From positions 124,001 through 178,794 of the forward strand of contig JYFJ02000115.1 in assembly GCA_000934665.2 (NCBI GenBank): a stretch of DNA of 54,794 nucleotides. The letters run 5' to 3'. The number at the start of each line of letters is the position of its first letter. Positions within the stretch are counted from its first letter, which is position 1. The position numbers were made by a program, and so were the translations under genes. This DNA is from Catajapyx aquilonaris. Taxonomy: Eukaryota. The notes under the pieces were generated by a model. It had not been told where the DNA came from, made no database searches, and saw only the letters and a program-made list of their open reading frames with translations. Below are positions 1 through 12,937 of the stretch, one piece after another.

Positions 1-164
1 ACTCTTGTTTTTACCATCATCAGAGCAGAAAAGCTTTCAATTGAATCGGGGTAAAATCATAACGTATAGGCCTTCCTGATGCCTTCCGGCATAAAAATCA
101 GTCGGCACAAAATCATATTGCGCTGGATATGACTGACAAATTATGAACGCAATGCTGTGGTTGC

Positions 165-190
165 GTATACAGTATACAGTATACAGTATA
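165..190. repeat. short heptamer microsatellite (GTATACA)x~3.7
   Basis: Directly visible: gtataca gtataca gtataca gtata. Confidence 0.8.
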
Positions 191-1587
191 GTGACTGACA
201 GATCTGTACTCTATTTTGGGGTATTAAGCAAAACTTTATTGCCTTAAGTCATTTTATTTTGCAACAATACCCTCGAAATCGCTTGAATTATGATGACAGC
301 TCATCAAGTATAGTTTATCCACAGTTTACACTGAAATATAGTATAGCCTAGATGTTAAGTGTTCTTATTTACGTCATTATACGTGCCATTATGAAAGTTG
401 GTGTCATGATTTTTCTGGTTATACCGCCAAAATTAACACTGAGTAAAAATCCTTATACGTTGCATGCAGTGCGTTAGTCAATCTTTCTAACTTCTGCAAA
501 ATCAGTCGTAATTTATTGTTTCGCATGATGGCTTAGAGCTGTAACTTCTACATGTATGTTCAGCGGAAAGCAGTCTCTTATTTGCACATGCCTATCTGGT
601 AAGTCTGATCTAAATTAGTGCGGAAACAAATACCTTTCTTCATTGGAGCAACTATAATTATTTATTATAATTATAGAGATGCAGTAAATATGTTACTCAT
701 TTTTCTGGCCATGTACGTGTACGTAGCCTATATGTTGTAGGCTACTCTGTAACATGTTGTTGCTGTGATGCAGCTAAAACGAGATGTTATAGGCCTATAA
801 AAGTCATGTTTCCCTTGAGAATGCCTTGAAATTTGCAAAGAAATAGCATTCAGGAAGTAAAGAACTTCCCCAACACCGGTGATGCCTATAAGCTTTTCGG
901 AGATGACATCAAAGTGCAATATCCCTTTGCAAAGTTACTAAAATATTGGAGCATAAAACCCTAGAAGGTCGCTGTAATAATGCGGCTGTTTTTCTGCATT
1001 TCAACTTGGCTTTCATAACAATATTACATTACATCACGCACATAACTTGGGACACATTATATAATTAAGAGCAATTAAGAAAGAAACCCATTCTTACGAA
1101 AGTATAAGTTTTTCAAGCTAAAATTAATTGAGTCAAGATAATTTTTCTGCGAAGAAAAAAAGTGCACAATTCGTAATCGATGTCAGAAAATCTGGCGAGG
1201 AAATCCAACGTATACGATAGAATTTTTCTACTGAAGTGTTTTTTTTTTCTTTCATTCATTATTCTCATATCTTCAACTAGTGCATTAATTGCTCCGCAAA
1301 CACTTTCTGCTATTTTAATCCCCACGAATGTTACTGCTGTATATGCTGCTGTGCTGGTGCCATGCATTTAGAAAGCGAGCAATAAAAGTGCTAATCACAC
1401 AACATTGATCAAATGGTTAGTATTATACTGTGCACTGGACCCGGACCAGATACGATCAACTGTGTTTTCTATAGGGACGGTATTGTCAACCAGTTCTGGT
1501 TAACTCGCATGCTGTGTGAATGACCCCAACTATGGCTTACGGTGATGTCCTGCTATATACCACGTTATATACAACAGTGTCACTCAC

Positions 1588-2035
1588 CGGTATGGATCCG
1601 TATGTGTCCCTTGAGCTGTCCATTGTTGCTGAATGCCACTTGGCAATGCGGGCACTGAAATCTCTTGGGCCTCTGCTTCCTGGAGCGGAGTCGGGCCAGC
1701 TCCGAAGGCGCCAGCAGACCGAGGGCCTCCAGTTCACTTTTGGTCAGGTCCGCCAGGCTGGACAGCGACGAGCCCAAAGAAGTCGTGGTTGACGGCGTCG
1801 ACGGCGAAGGCGGAGACGGCTGCAATGGCTGGTGCTGGTGGTGGATGGCCATCGGCAACGGAACCACCGGCAGTTGATGTCGGTGATGATGGTGGTGGTG
1901 GTGCATTGCCATGTGATGCGTGTGAAGCAGTTGTTCGTGCAGCATCCTCGTCGCTTCCACGCTGTCTTTTCCGTGGTCGTCCGAAGCTGCTGCCCACGGT
2001 CGGAACAGCACCTTCTCTCCGGTCAGCAGGGTCAT
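1588..2035 (-). CDS. hkb: Huckebein, C2H2 zinc-finger transcription factor; first coding exon only (gene continues left of the window)
   Basis: ATG at 2035 gives MTLLTGEKVLFRPW (FRPW is the Groucho-recruiting motif of Huckebein), a His-rich tract, then KQRPKRFQCPHCQVAFSNNGQLKGHIRIHTG, nearly identical to the first Drosophila Hkb finger as I recall it. The exon ends at ACC G|GTGAGT (donor at 1587). I found no exon for fingers 2-3 in 1-1587. Confidence 0.9.
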
Positions 2036-2164
2036 TATACTGGTCACTCAAAGTCACGGAGGGTCCCGAAGAAGGAAGGAAGGAAGGAAGGGAAGGACGA
2101 AGAAGAAGCACCTGCACCAGTCCCAAGAGGCCAAATCCACTTCTGTGGGTTTGGGCAGAGTGAC

Positions 2165-2170
2165 TTTATA
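2165..2170 (-). promoter_or_regulatory. candidate TATA box of hkb
   Basis: TATAAA on the minus strand ~130 nt upstream of the hkb ATG; no transcript evidence. Confidence 0.4.
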
Positions 2171-5100
2171 GTCCAGGTCTCAGTGGACGATGCTTGCCAC
2201 TGCTTACAAGGCCCTCTGGAGTGGTTGGGGGGTGACGGTGGTGGGGGAGGGGAGGGACAGGGGGCCTGCTCTTTTCTGTTGCCCTCGGTTGAAGCTACTG
2301 GATGGTCCATTGTGACTGGCTGACTGTACCGGAGGATTGAAAGAAGGGGGGCGATGGTATAAGGGGGGAGAGGAGAGAGGGAGGGGGATGTTTCCTCAAT
2401 GGAAGATGGATTATTTGGAGTATGGGTGCCCCCTTCTCCTCTCTGATGGAGACCGCCAATTGATGTGTAATTCGACTGAGACCATGTATACGAGATACGC
2501 TGGTAAGTTATCCCCAGCACAGATACGAGTCTTGTTGCCCAGCTCTTGGTTCCAGTAATAATTCACCAGCATGTGAGTCATACCTGTAAGCCTGAAAACT
2601 ATAGATGAATCATGCGATGATGTGGCAAAAAATATGCTGCAGTTTTTATGTTTAGAATATAATTTTTTATGTAAAAACTAACTACAGTGTATTTTAACAC
2701 AGTCGGCATACTACCTATATACTGTATAGAGTATAGATTATAGGCAAGTACGATGATGGCGGATGATGGTCCAAAATAACCGAATTTCTGCATGGTTTCT
2801 AACTTATAGTCTCAAGTGAAAGTGGTCATAATATTCCAGAGAATGCAGAAACCTTCTCTGATTCAGGCATATGAAAATTAACGACGTATTGCTCTCAGTA
2901 CTTGTCCAACCAAAGAGTGTACGTATGCAGCCATACTATAAGAACGATTGTTTTGTACACTGTAGATCCTAATGTTGGAACGCAAAACTCAATTTACCTA
3001 AGAAAACCAACGTCAAAAACATATTACAGCAGTGGTTTTTACAGGAATAATATTTTATTTTATTTATTTATTATTTACACAGCCCCGTGATAGACCAAAG
3101 CCCTTTTAGGTGGTACAGCAGTAACAATATTATCCATCGCAATGTTTTTATTGGCTATCAAAACTTAGAATTTACTCAAGAGTATAGGCTACTGTCTATA
3201 GACAAAGATTTCTGTTTGGTTTTAATAGGGCTTCCTATTGATACCATACTTGTTTCTAATGGCCGTAAAAAGGGCACTTGAAGCATTTTCAAGTCTAATT
3301 TTTCTCTCTTTATAGTAACGGTGACACCCTGAAAACGGGAAGTTGCCATAGGATGTTTATGATCTAATACACAAACTTGTTTCAAATTAACGTTGGTATA
3401 ACTGTTGATGAACGCAATGAAGTAGAGCAACGCAATGCTGGTGTAAGCCTCACCTGCATTTGTAAATCTGATCATGCCTTCTCTATAATCCCACCTTGTA
3501 TAGACACAAAAAATAAGCCAAATGCATGCTCTCCCGCTAGTGCCGGACAAATTACGGCGTAAAAGCGAGGCCATTACTCTGGGAGAATCGTCGGTGGTCG
3601 AAAAGGCGGCGTTGCTATAAACTAGGAATTCGTAGGGCATCAGGTAGGCCTCGCTGAGAGGTGGCCCCATATAATTAACCTATTCAAAAAAGGGCTGGTT
3701 TAGGGAGGTGTGGGGGGCGGGTAATGGAGGCCTGCGCAAGTGTTGGACATCCCGGGGGATCGCCTAATAAAAGTCGGCGCCGCTCACACTTTATCGCGTG
3801 CTCAGACAACCTTTTCCAGGACCAAGTGTCTATCAACCCAACTATATTGTGGTGCGCCTTATAATGCCAAGCTCTAGTCCACACAAAGAGCACGTGCGTG
3901 CCCCGGAGCACGACCTGTTTCTCTATGTGCTGCTCGTATTTATAACCATCTGACTCGAATGGACGTATCAGGATTATTTAATAGCCGCTCAGGAATGCTA
4001 TCGGTTACTTTCACCACCTTCGAACATCTTGCACTGGTCTTATTACTGCCATTGCCGCGAAATAAATTCAGTTAGTAACTACACACCAAGACCTTATACG
4101 GTCTGCCAGCTGAAAGGGTGTATATTAAGCTGTCAAAATTTTCGCGCTTTGTTGTCTTTTACTAGCAGTTATTATCAGGAGTATTAACAAAAAAACTTAC
4201 AAGGTGTAACTGACTAAACTGACGAATTAAAATAAAAATTGATCCGAGGCCAACTAAGGCACATTTTGATCTAGTCAAAACCATCCTGCTATAGGGCGTG
4301 GTTAAAAAGTTTCATTAAGTTAATAGAAGGGGCAAAAATTCTTGAATCCAGCCTCCACATGTTGAGTGTACGTATATTTGGTGTGTTGTTATTTATATTA
4401 TTCATACTGAATAATACCAAATTCGGAGTAGTTTCTTCCTCGACTTCGATGTTAATGTTTTCCGGTTATTGCCCACAACAATTATAGGGTGTCTATGAAT
4501 CCATACTTACATAGGTACCGTTGCATATTTCATTGCATTGTTGTTCATATGCCCCATTACATGTCTGCAAAAAATCTTCAAAACTTACATTACTGTCAGC
4601 AGTTCAATTGGAACTTCTTCATAAATTTTTCTAGTCACATTAAACAGATCAGACCATCTTAGTTGCAGCTGATTGTAAATGCTGTTCCTCGGAGATTAAT
4701 TAACATGATATGCCCAGCAGAGGTGTCAATGTTACATCTAAACGGCCTTCAAGGCGTGACAGTCATTGCAACCGCTTCGTGACACTGTTGATGTGCGCAT
4801 GAATGCTGCCCATCAGTCTAAAGGCACCTGCCTAGAGCCGATATCATCATCAGTCGATCCTTATCTCTCACATTATACCGCAAAGGGCTGCCTCTTACAA
4901 GTTGGTCCGACCACTTCCCCACTTTCTTTTCCCTCCAACTACCATAAAAGATCTTTACGACAGATTTCAAACACCTTTTCTGACACAGATTATCCCTCGT
5001 AAACATGGCAGCTTGCTGCTGTCAAAGGGCCCCCACGGATTACTCCTTAAAACCAGTTATGAGCTTCACACCACCCTCTGCAGTTCATCCAGCTTATGAT

Positions 5101-8100
5101 TCCAAATCCAATTTTTTTAAACGGGTTTAAACTGATAATTTGTAAAAGGCACAAGTGACATTTTCAATCTCCAAAATGGCTGGTTGATAAAGTGGGTTGC
5201 GGGGGCCATTCCAGCAGGGTTGAGTGACAAAAGAGGAGGGCAAAGGGTCCTCCCCAGAGGCAGCTGAGGATTTCTGGTCGTAACGCTCGTTAAGGCTGCT
5301 GCTGGGAGGGGATTTTTGTATGATTTCTTTTGGAAAAAAGAGTCCGTGGCGTTGCAAATTAAATATCCGCCCTCCCGCATTTATGTCCCGCTGCGTGGAA
5401 AACCCTGCTTCGAAAGAGGTGGTTTTAAATGGACTCTCCCTAAAAGAGACAGATTTATGGACAGTGTCAGGAGTTGATGTCTATACACGGTTTAGACATG
5501 GATTCCACTGATCGGGCAGAGGATTCCCGTGAGAAATATCGGAATTCAATCGAACATTGCTTAATTTTTTTTTGCATTATTCTAATTACGAATTAATCAA
5601 GTCTTCGAAGCTGCAACTATCCTAGACAATATTGTTTTTTACGTACAAAACTGCAAAAAAATAATTTCGTCGCCTTCATGATTCTCTGTTTGTCCATATC
5701 AAGCGGCCTTATGAACATAATAAATATGCGAAATGTTTTAGTGGATTTAAAGCACCAGTGAAGCTTGCTACTTCTGTGTGGACAAGAAGGCTCCCAAAAA
5801 AAATCAGCGGGTCCGACGTAAGAGTCGAAAAAGGAAGCCTGGTCGGCTCTTTTGGGCGATGTTACCTGGAGCGAATAAACAGTGCAGTGGCTTTTGTCGT
5901 GTCCATGGATGGACACCGCTTATATATAGAGCAGGCCTCCTCTAGGAGCCCACAAAGGCACAGGGCGAGATAGAGAGAAGGGAGGGTCCAAAAAAAGGCT
6001 TTTTGGAGGTATCGGCGAGTCAGGAGCGGAACCTCCGAAAAGTCAGCGGTTTCCTTTGAAGCCTTTTTGAAAAAGTTGTCAGCGCGCGGCCACTTGAAAC
6101 GGGGCCGAAAAGTGGTTGCTGCCGCCGCTTCTTCCTCTGCTCCACTGAACTAAATCGAGGACTCCTCCCTCACGACCTTTGACCCACCCACCCCAAAAAT
6201 TTCTCAGGTGGAGAAGAAGACTCAAGTGCTGCCTTTTTGTGCTGACTTGGACGTGTGCCCTTCTTGCCTATGGACACCTGTCCACCCCTTCGCTTTTGGT
6301 CGCAAACCTATTAGTTTCTAGAGCACCAAATGCCGCCTTACAAAACCAAAATGTTACCACTTTCGTGTTCCAGGTTTGCGTTTGTTTGGCTTATTGAAGG
6401 ACAACTTGAAGTGCAGAAATGAACTTATCAGAATACCACAAAAATTAATTTGGAGTGTACCGACACGTAGTGATTTTTTCCTCGGTGTATGTTCAAGTTT
6501 TGATGTCTTAGAAGTGGCTTGGTCACGATGATGGTGTGGAGCTCGGTGCTGTATGGTGGTGACTTTTTGGTCTAATGACCATGCCCCATGCAGTGGCCTC
6601 CTCCGTGCGCGAGGCAAATAAATTGTGACCGTGGTGACAAATCTTGGTGGGGTCTCCTCCACACCGTTTCCCAAAAGGGAAATGGGGGGGGGGGGGGNGG
6701 GGGGGAAAGAGAGAGAGAATAAGGAATAAGGCATTTTCTTTTCACGAGGGCCTCTCCCACTGGCAGAGGACTCTGAATGTGCAAGGAACCACCGCTTTTC
6801 CTCGCATTCTTCCTCCTCCAGAACCACAGCCAACTATGGGGACAGGAGGGAATGGAGGAGGGAGAGGTGGGTGCAGGGGAGGAAGGGAGGGATAAGTTAT
6901 AGGCCTTTTGCAGAACAGATGAACTGCCATGGTGTCCACGTGTGCCGATGACCAGCCCTCGGAAAGGGTCTGCTATGGCTGGGGTTGCAACACAAAACTT
7001 ATTTCACTTTCTCTCCATTTTTATATCATTAGACTTTTACCCCATTTTTTCATACATGTTCTGTAGGTGGCTGTCGTTCCAGAAACTTTTGTAAATGAGA
7101 ATAGTAATATGTACCAAGGGGGTATAATCACTTCTGATGTACACCTGCGAGTGTTACTCCTAGGTATTCCTTAGGTACCTTACCCTGAGGTAGGCCTACT
7201 CCTTGGTACTCCTTGAATTAGATACTCCAGTGTATACACTTTACAGTCGAGTGGTTACCCCCTTGATATGTATACTGTTCGATAATTACAGAAAAATTAT
7301 TATGATTCGCCAAAATAATTATCTTATTAGGGCCCATATGATTTATCTTGCTCTAATAAATATCACTTACAAGTTAGACACGTTTTTACGTTTATTGTAG
7401 CAATATTTAACTACCACGCTTTCACTACCACGAAATAATTGGCCTCAGAATATTTGACAAGAAATGCATGTAGACTATGTAGCATAAAAAAAAGCTGCCA
7501 TTGCATTACAAACTGTGACTTCAGCGGATTTTTTTGATTAAGTTTTCTGATGAGTATGTTCCATATACAGCACATCCATCACACTCTTTCCCGTTCTTTC
7601 TCACAGTGTATAGCCTGTCGCTGGAGAAACGGGACCACGTGTCAATTTGTCCAGCAAGCAACAAGTCGCAGAGAAAACCTCCGTGGAAATCTCTTTCCCC
7701 GGCTCATCCGTTACCACCCAGGGTTCTTCTCCAAGACAGCGTTTAGGAGACTCTCTTCCGTACACGCCCTCTCCAAGTATAGAAAAGAGCATCTCCCCAG
7801 CAGCAGCCGAAAGTGACATATTTTCCCAACCGCAGCGATTCAGACCCTGCGTCACACTCTTTTTGCCGCTGACAAGTGTCCATTCATCTCAAATTAGCGA
7901 TTGTCCTGGAGGCCAACAAAAAGGCCAAAGTAAGTCCAAGGCGGATTGCTGCTGACCTCATCCATCATATGCACACTCTCCAAATCTGGATGGATATATA
8001 GTGAGGGGGGAAAGGAAGAAAAAAAAATCTCCTATTTTTTTCACTTTTCCAGTGGATTTGGGAACAAAATCTCGGGAAAAATTGTGTGTAAGATGTCAGG

Positions 8101-11100
8101 AATTTTGATGTATCGGTGGGACTGATCTGGAAACGCAAATGGCGTCCGTTCAGGCTTTTCTATAGGAAAAAGTGGCAGATGGGGACAAGTCTGGTATGAA
8201 TTGTCGCTTCAACATGCACAAGGTGTCGCAATTTTTTATATACCCCCAAAAAATGAGTGACTCCCACCATTGTTGTCATATTATGCACAAGCGCACCAAA
8301 TAAAGACACGGAAAAAAGCGGGATCAAACCTGAATATGTCCAAAGTGACCATCTATTTTAAAAAATGGCGCAGAACGAATTGTTTTCCCCAGCAATTCGT
8401 TTCAATAGAAGCATCTGGAAGTTGTTTTTTGACTACACGATTCTGTATTGAATTATGTGTTATGCTTTCGGTTTTATTGATTAGTTAGCTAGTGATATGT
8501 CGTGAAAGTTACGTATTGTACTGTGTATGAATTTAATAATTCCGATGTACATTTTTCTTATCTCACAATCGGTATTAAACATATACAGCATGTGTATAAT
8601 CAGTGTGAGTGGTACTATATACAATGTCTGTCTTCCCCTCCCTTTGCGACATTTACATGTTGAGTCAGAAGTTGTCCCCTCAACTTCCATCCCTGCCCCC
8701 TTTCCCACCATCAATTGTCGGAGAGGATGGAGGGGTGGTTGCCGCCATTTTGATTGCAATGTCAGTAGGTCGCTTTTGGGAGAGGAGTTTGCAGGGCAAA
8801 AGCATGGCAGCAAAAAGGGGGGAGTCACGCTGTCGTTACTTCGCTTGGGTTAACCGCAGACATGAGCCAATCCGGGGGCTTGGGGAGGGCTGGAGAAAGG
8901 AGGCTGGCAGATGGGAAAAACTGGATGTGCATGATGGACCCCCCCTCATCCCTCCTTCCCTCCTCTCCATGGACACAATGCCACACATTATTATTCATCT
9001 CTCATGCAGCCCTATATCCCTTTCATTGACGTGTAAGTAATGGCGTACAAATTCGTTTTCAACATTTCTGTGGGCAGCACCGTTCAAGTGGACAGCATCA
9101 GTTAGGGTTAGTTGCCTGAGGTGTTGTGTGATTAAGAGGTGACGTCATTCGTCGTAACAGTTGGGGACAACTGACACACTAACTTTACTCGCCGTCGGCA
9201 ATTTGTAAAATGATTGCAACTTCTTCGTCATACGTCCATAAACAATTCAACAGCCCAGTTATGGAATCCAATCGTTATTTCAAAAAAAAATTAAAAAATT
9301 AAAAGACCGGAAGAGGCATTTTCAATTAATTAACGAATTAATTACATCCGTCGGGTGATAGGAAATCAAGATTTCATCCTGATCAGTTGGCCAACCTACG
9401 CACACGCAAGTGCAGCGTGACGTCTGCTCTCCAGGGGCAACTACCATTTCTTCACTTGGTTTCCACCATGCGGTTTGTACAGTACAGTACGCTCAAACCA
9501 AGTTAGCATAATGCCAAATCACAGATCCATCATCCTCGAGCAGCCGCATCATATATCTGCATAAGAAAAGAGGGTTCCCTCATCTGCCTTGCAGCGTATC
9601 CGGATGCTGGTGCAGCACCCCTCTTTCCATATATGGTGGGCATGGATCTGAGGGGGCCGTTTGAATAATATATACAGTGTGTCGGAGGGGTTGGTAAGGG
9701 GCTGATGCAGCAGCAGGGCATGAGAAACAGCACATGGGGAGAGCCGGCTGTCTGTTACTCCTTCGCCCGTCCTCTGGACCCCACAGAACAAAAGGGGCGT
9801 TGGGAGGGGTCCAGGAACCATCACGCCCATCGGACAGACCCTCTGGACCACTCGGAATCGACCAACTACAGCACACACACATGGAAATAACACTCTTCAT
9901 GAGCCGAAAGAGGTAGGCGCGTACCAACGAAATGTACTGCGGACACAGGAGGATAAACACAACAAGACATCCTTAGCAGGTCACATGTTTGATCCAATCA
10001 AGACAACAAAAGTTTCAGGGAAAACATATACTGTCGGCGAACCAAAGTGTAATAGAAGTGTAAATTATTGCTCTTAAACTTCGTCTGTTGATTGTTGATG
10101 CAAAGTGCATCAAAAATGCGGACGAAAAAGTTCACGTGGCAATTTCTTTGAGTATGACATCATAGAAACAATTATTCAAAATAGATAATTTTGCACATAT
10201 ATATTTATGCTTTCAACCACCACCTGTTGTTATTAGTTTCCCAGCAATTAATAACAATGTCCACCTCAGGGATTTTGAGACCGTGTCTCACAAGTCAGAG
10301 TGGTTATCCAGTTCATTCCCGGATTTTCACAGCTGTTGACATATAAATAAGGAATTACCTGCATATTTTCAACGTTATGTTGTGTGCAACAATCTCCAAC
10401 TTTAGAATTATCAGACCACGACGAAACCCAATCCTTCTTCGCTATGCCAGACGCAGTGCATTCAGAGAAAGGGCAGCAGAATACTTTTCAATTTGTTTGT
10501 AGTCAGGTAATGTATACCTATGGAAGAATTCCCAGTTGATCCGGAACCACCCTTGTGCAGCTGGCCTAATAGGCATCGACACTTTGAGCACAGTGCAGTG
10601 GGTGGGGAAAGTACAAGCAAGCCGCCCTCGAGGTGTCCTTTGTGGTTCCTTGGAGGGGGCAAAATCGGAGCCCAAAGCGATGCAGCAGTCCCTCACATTG
10701 TCCCATTTGACTGGCCGGCAAAATCCGATACAGAAGAGGCTAACCCCCCCACTGGAAAAATAAGGATCGCCGCTAATGGTGACCGACTGCTTCAACACCC
10801 TGCACACAAACAAGCCAAAGGGTTGACCCCTTCCAAAAAGGCCTCCTGCTGAGGTCAAAAGCCCGTCAGATGTGGCCGCCAAGCCATACATCCGCAATGT
10901 TCATGTGAGTGAATAAGAAAAGCGGCGTAACTCGGTCTGCGCCTCCGGATTGGCCCCTAGTCTGACAGGAGGGCAGGGGCTAACTCCTTTTTTTTCCACT
11001 TCTATTTTCACGAAACAAGCACGCGAACCTTTTCCCCTCCGCCATAAATTATTACCACCTCCTTATCCACGGCCAGGGCTCCCAAAACTGGGTGACCACA

Positions 11101-11436
11101 AAGAGAACCGCGAGTTTCCCCGAAGCCTCTGTATCTACCAGACATCTGATCCTACACGCTTAATTTCACCTGAATGGAAGGTATGAGGGGAGGGTTAGGG
11201 GGACGAGGGTTGACCCCCTCCTCTCAAGGGAGGGGGGAAAAAAGGGCTCATGCATGACACTTGGACCATTGTTGCTATTAGGTGACGATGAGTTGCACTT
11301 CAGAATGACAGGAGCTAACTGCAGCGCACCTGGGAGGATTTTAACTTCTGCTGGACTGAAATTCGCACATACTTTGACATAACCTTTTATTATTTTACTG
11401 TGTGTACATGACACTCGGTTTGCTTAATGATGGTAA

Positions 11437-12093
11437 TTACAATTGTGAGTGATGTATCTCCCCGCCTGCGGACATGACGGCCAGGTCGATGTCACCCTTG
11501 GTGTCGATATGGACGTCGCTTATGTCTCCAGTCTGAGAGATAATCTTCACCATTGTCTTGTGCTCTGGGTCGCCGATGTAGTGATCCTCCTGCCTCTCGT
11601 ACGTCAGTGTGTCTTTGATGACACCGTCGCACTTTATGTTACACAGCACCACGTCACCGCCGGCGTCCAGCACTGCCGTACCCAGGTTGCCGACCATCTC
11701 GGCTCGCACTGAGGTCACTCCGTCTTGGGCTTGAATGGTCACCTTCTTGACCAACCCCTTGGCCAGCACAGACACCATGTACATGTCACCGCCTGAGGCC
11801 AAGGTGACCTCGTCGACCTTGCCAGTGGAGGTCACGATGTAGTCATAGACGTCGCGCTTGGTGTTTAACTGGCTGACATTGGCACTCTTATTGAGCGGAA
11901 ACACAGCCTCAGATTTGGAGCAGATCAGAACTCGACCGATGACATTGTCTGACTTTATCGTCACGTTCTCGACGTCACCCTCGACGTAGACCTTGGCGTT
12001 GTACACGTCGCCGCTGGTCTTGACTGATATGTAAGGCTTCCAGGGCATCAGTCCAGTGGTGGATTCACTCTTATTTTCCGAAACGCACGCCAT
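11437..12093 (-). CDS. unrecognised 218-aa protein with 11-residue tandem repeats (predicted beta-solenoid); CDS uninterrupted
   Basis: ATG at 12093 to TAA at 11437-11439 with GC3-rich codon usage like neighbouring genes. Repeats include GDVYNAKVYVE, GDVENVTIKSD, GKVDEVTLASG, GDMYMVSVLAK, GLVKKVTIQAQ, GNLGTAVLDAG, GDVVLCNIKCD, GDISDVHIDTK and GDIDLAVMSAG. Possible 52-nt 5'UTR intron 12103-12154 (GTATTG...TTTAG). Confidence 0.75.
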   Translation of the reverse strand: MACVSENKSESTTGLMPWKPYISVKTSGDVYNAKVYVEGDVENVTIKSDNVIGRVLICSKSEAVFPLNKSANVSQLNTKRDVYDYIVTSTGKVDEVTLASGGDMYMVSVLAKGLVKKVTIQAQDGVTSVRAEMVGNLGTAVLDAGGDVVLCNIKCDGVIKDTLTYERQEDHYIGDPEHKTMVKIISQTGDISDVHIDTKGDIDLAVMSAGGEIHHSQL

Positions 12094-12937
12094 TGGTGCA
12101 GCCTAAATATTATACACAGAGTCAAAAGTGGAACTGTACATGACAAAGCAATACCTGTACCTGCAGTAGACAGCAGAGCGTAAAAAAATTCGCTTCCAAA
12201 AGGGCCAGACACCAATGCAAACAATGGTTGCTGCAGTAACGTACACAACAAAGTTAATGATTTTTTGTTTATTTTAGAAATCAGAATAATATGACCTACG
12301 TACTTTCTTTGGGAGGGTATAGTTTCTAGCTTTTACTTGTAAAAGTAACAGATCGAAACGAATATGAAGCAAGGTACAAACTGCTAAATGAAAAAGAGAG
12401 GCTTCAATTTGAAGAAAAAAAAGCGCCATATATTTCATACATAATTGCTACAATTTAACACACGTGATATAGAAGAGTCGATTCTACATTTTTATTTCGC
12501 CGGTACAAGGAGGCGTATAGCATGTCTTGTGGTGTCCGGTTACCATAAAAGAAGCACGTTCCCTCTTGAAGTGGTCGGAAGGTTGCAAAGAGGCCTTTTT
12601 CCCAGGTGCAGAGTCAAAGGCCTCAGCAGCCCCAAATCCTCCATTAATAATAAAGTGTGGCTTGGTTCACTTCCGCTGGATTGCACTTGAAGAGGAATTT
12701 TTGGGGGGGTTGAAAAGGACACCCTTCTTTTCCTTGTGGCTGCCCAACACGATGGGAAAATGAAGGTGCTGTCGGTTGAGGAGTCCAGAAGAGAAGAAGA
12801 GCCGGGTACTCTGCCTCTTTTTTTTATGCCACACAAACCCTTCCATAAGAATATAAAGAAAAGCTTCATCAACTGATTAGCGTGGCACATATCTTAATCA
12901 ACGTCGGTTCCCTGATGTCTTCATGTAGCTGCAAGGG

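Noticed and set aside
1520..2323. Several long plus-strand and alternate-frame ORFs overlapping hkb
   Set aside because: Shadow ORFs of a GC-rich coding exon with no recognisable motifs.
2044..2520. 158-aa minus-strand ORF just upstream of hkb, as an N-terminal extension or uORF
   Set aside because: Different frame, stops at 2044, low complexity, and mostly upstream of the candidate TATA box; the hkb frame is closed by TGA at 2048-2050.
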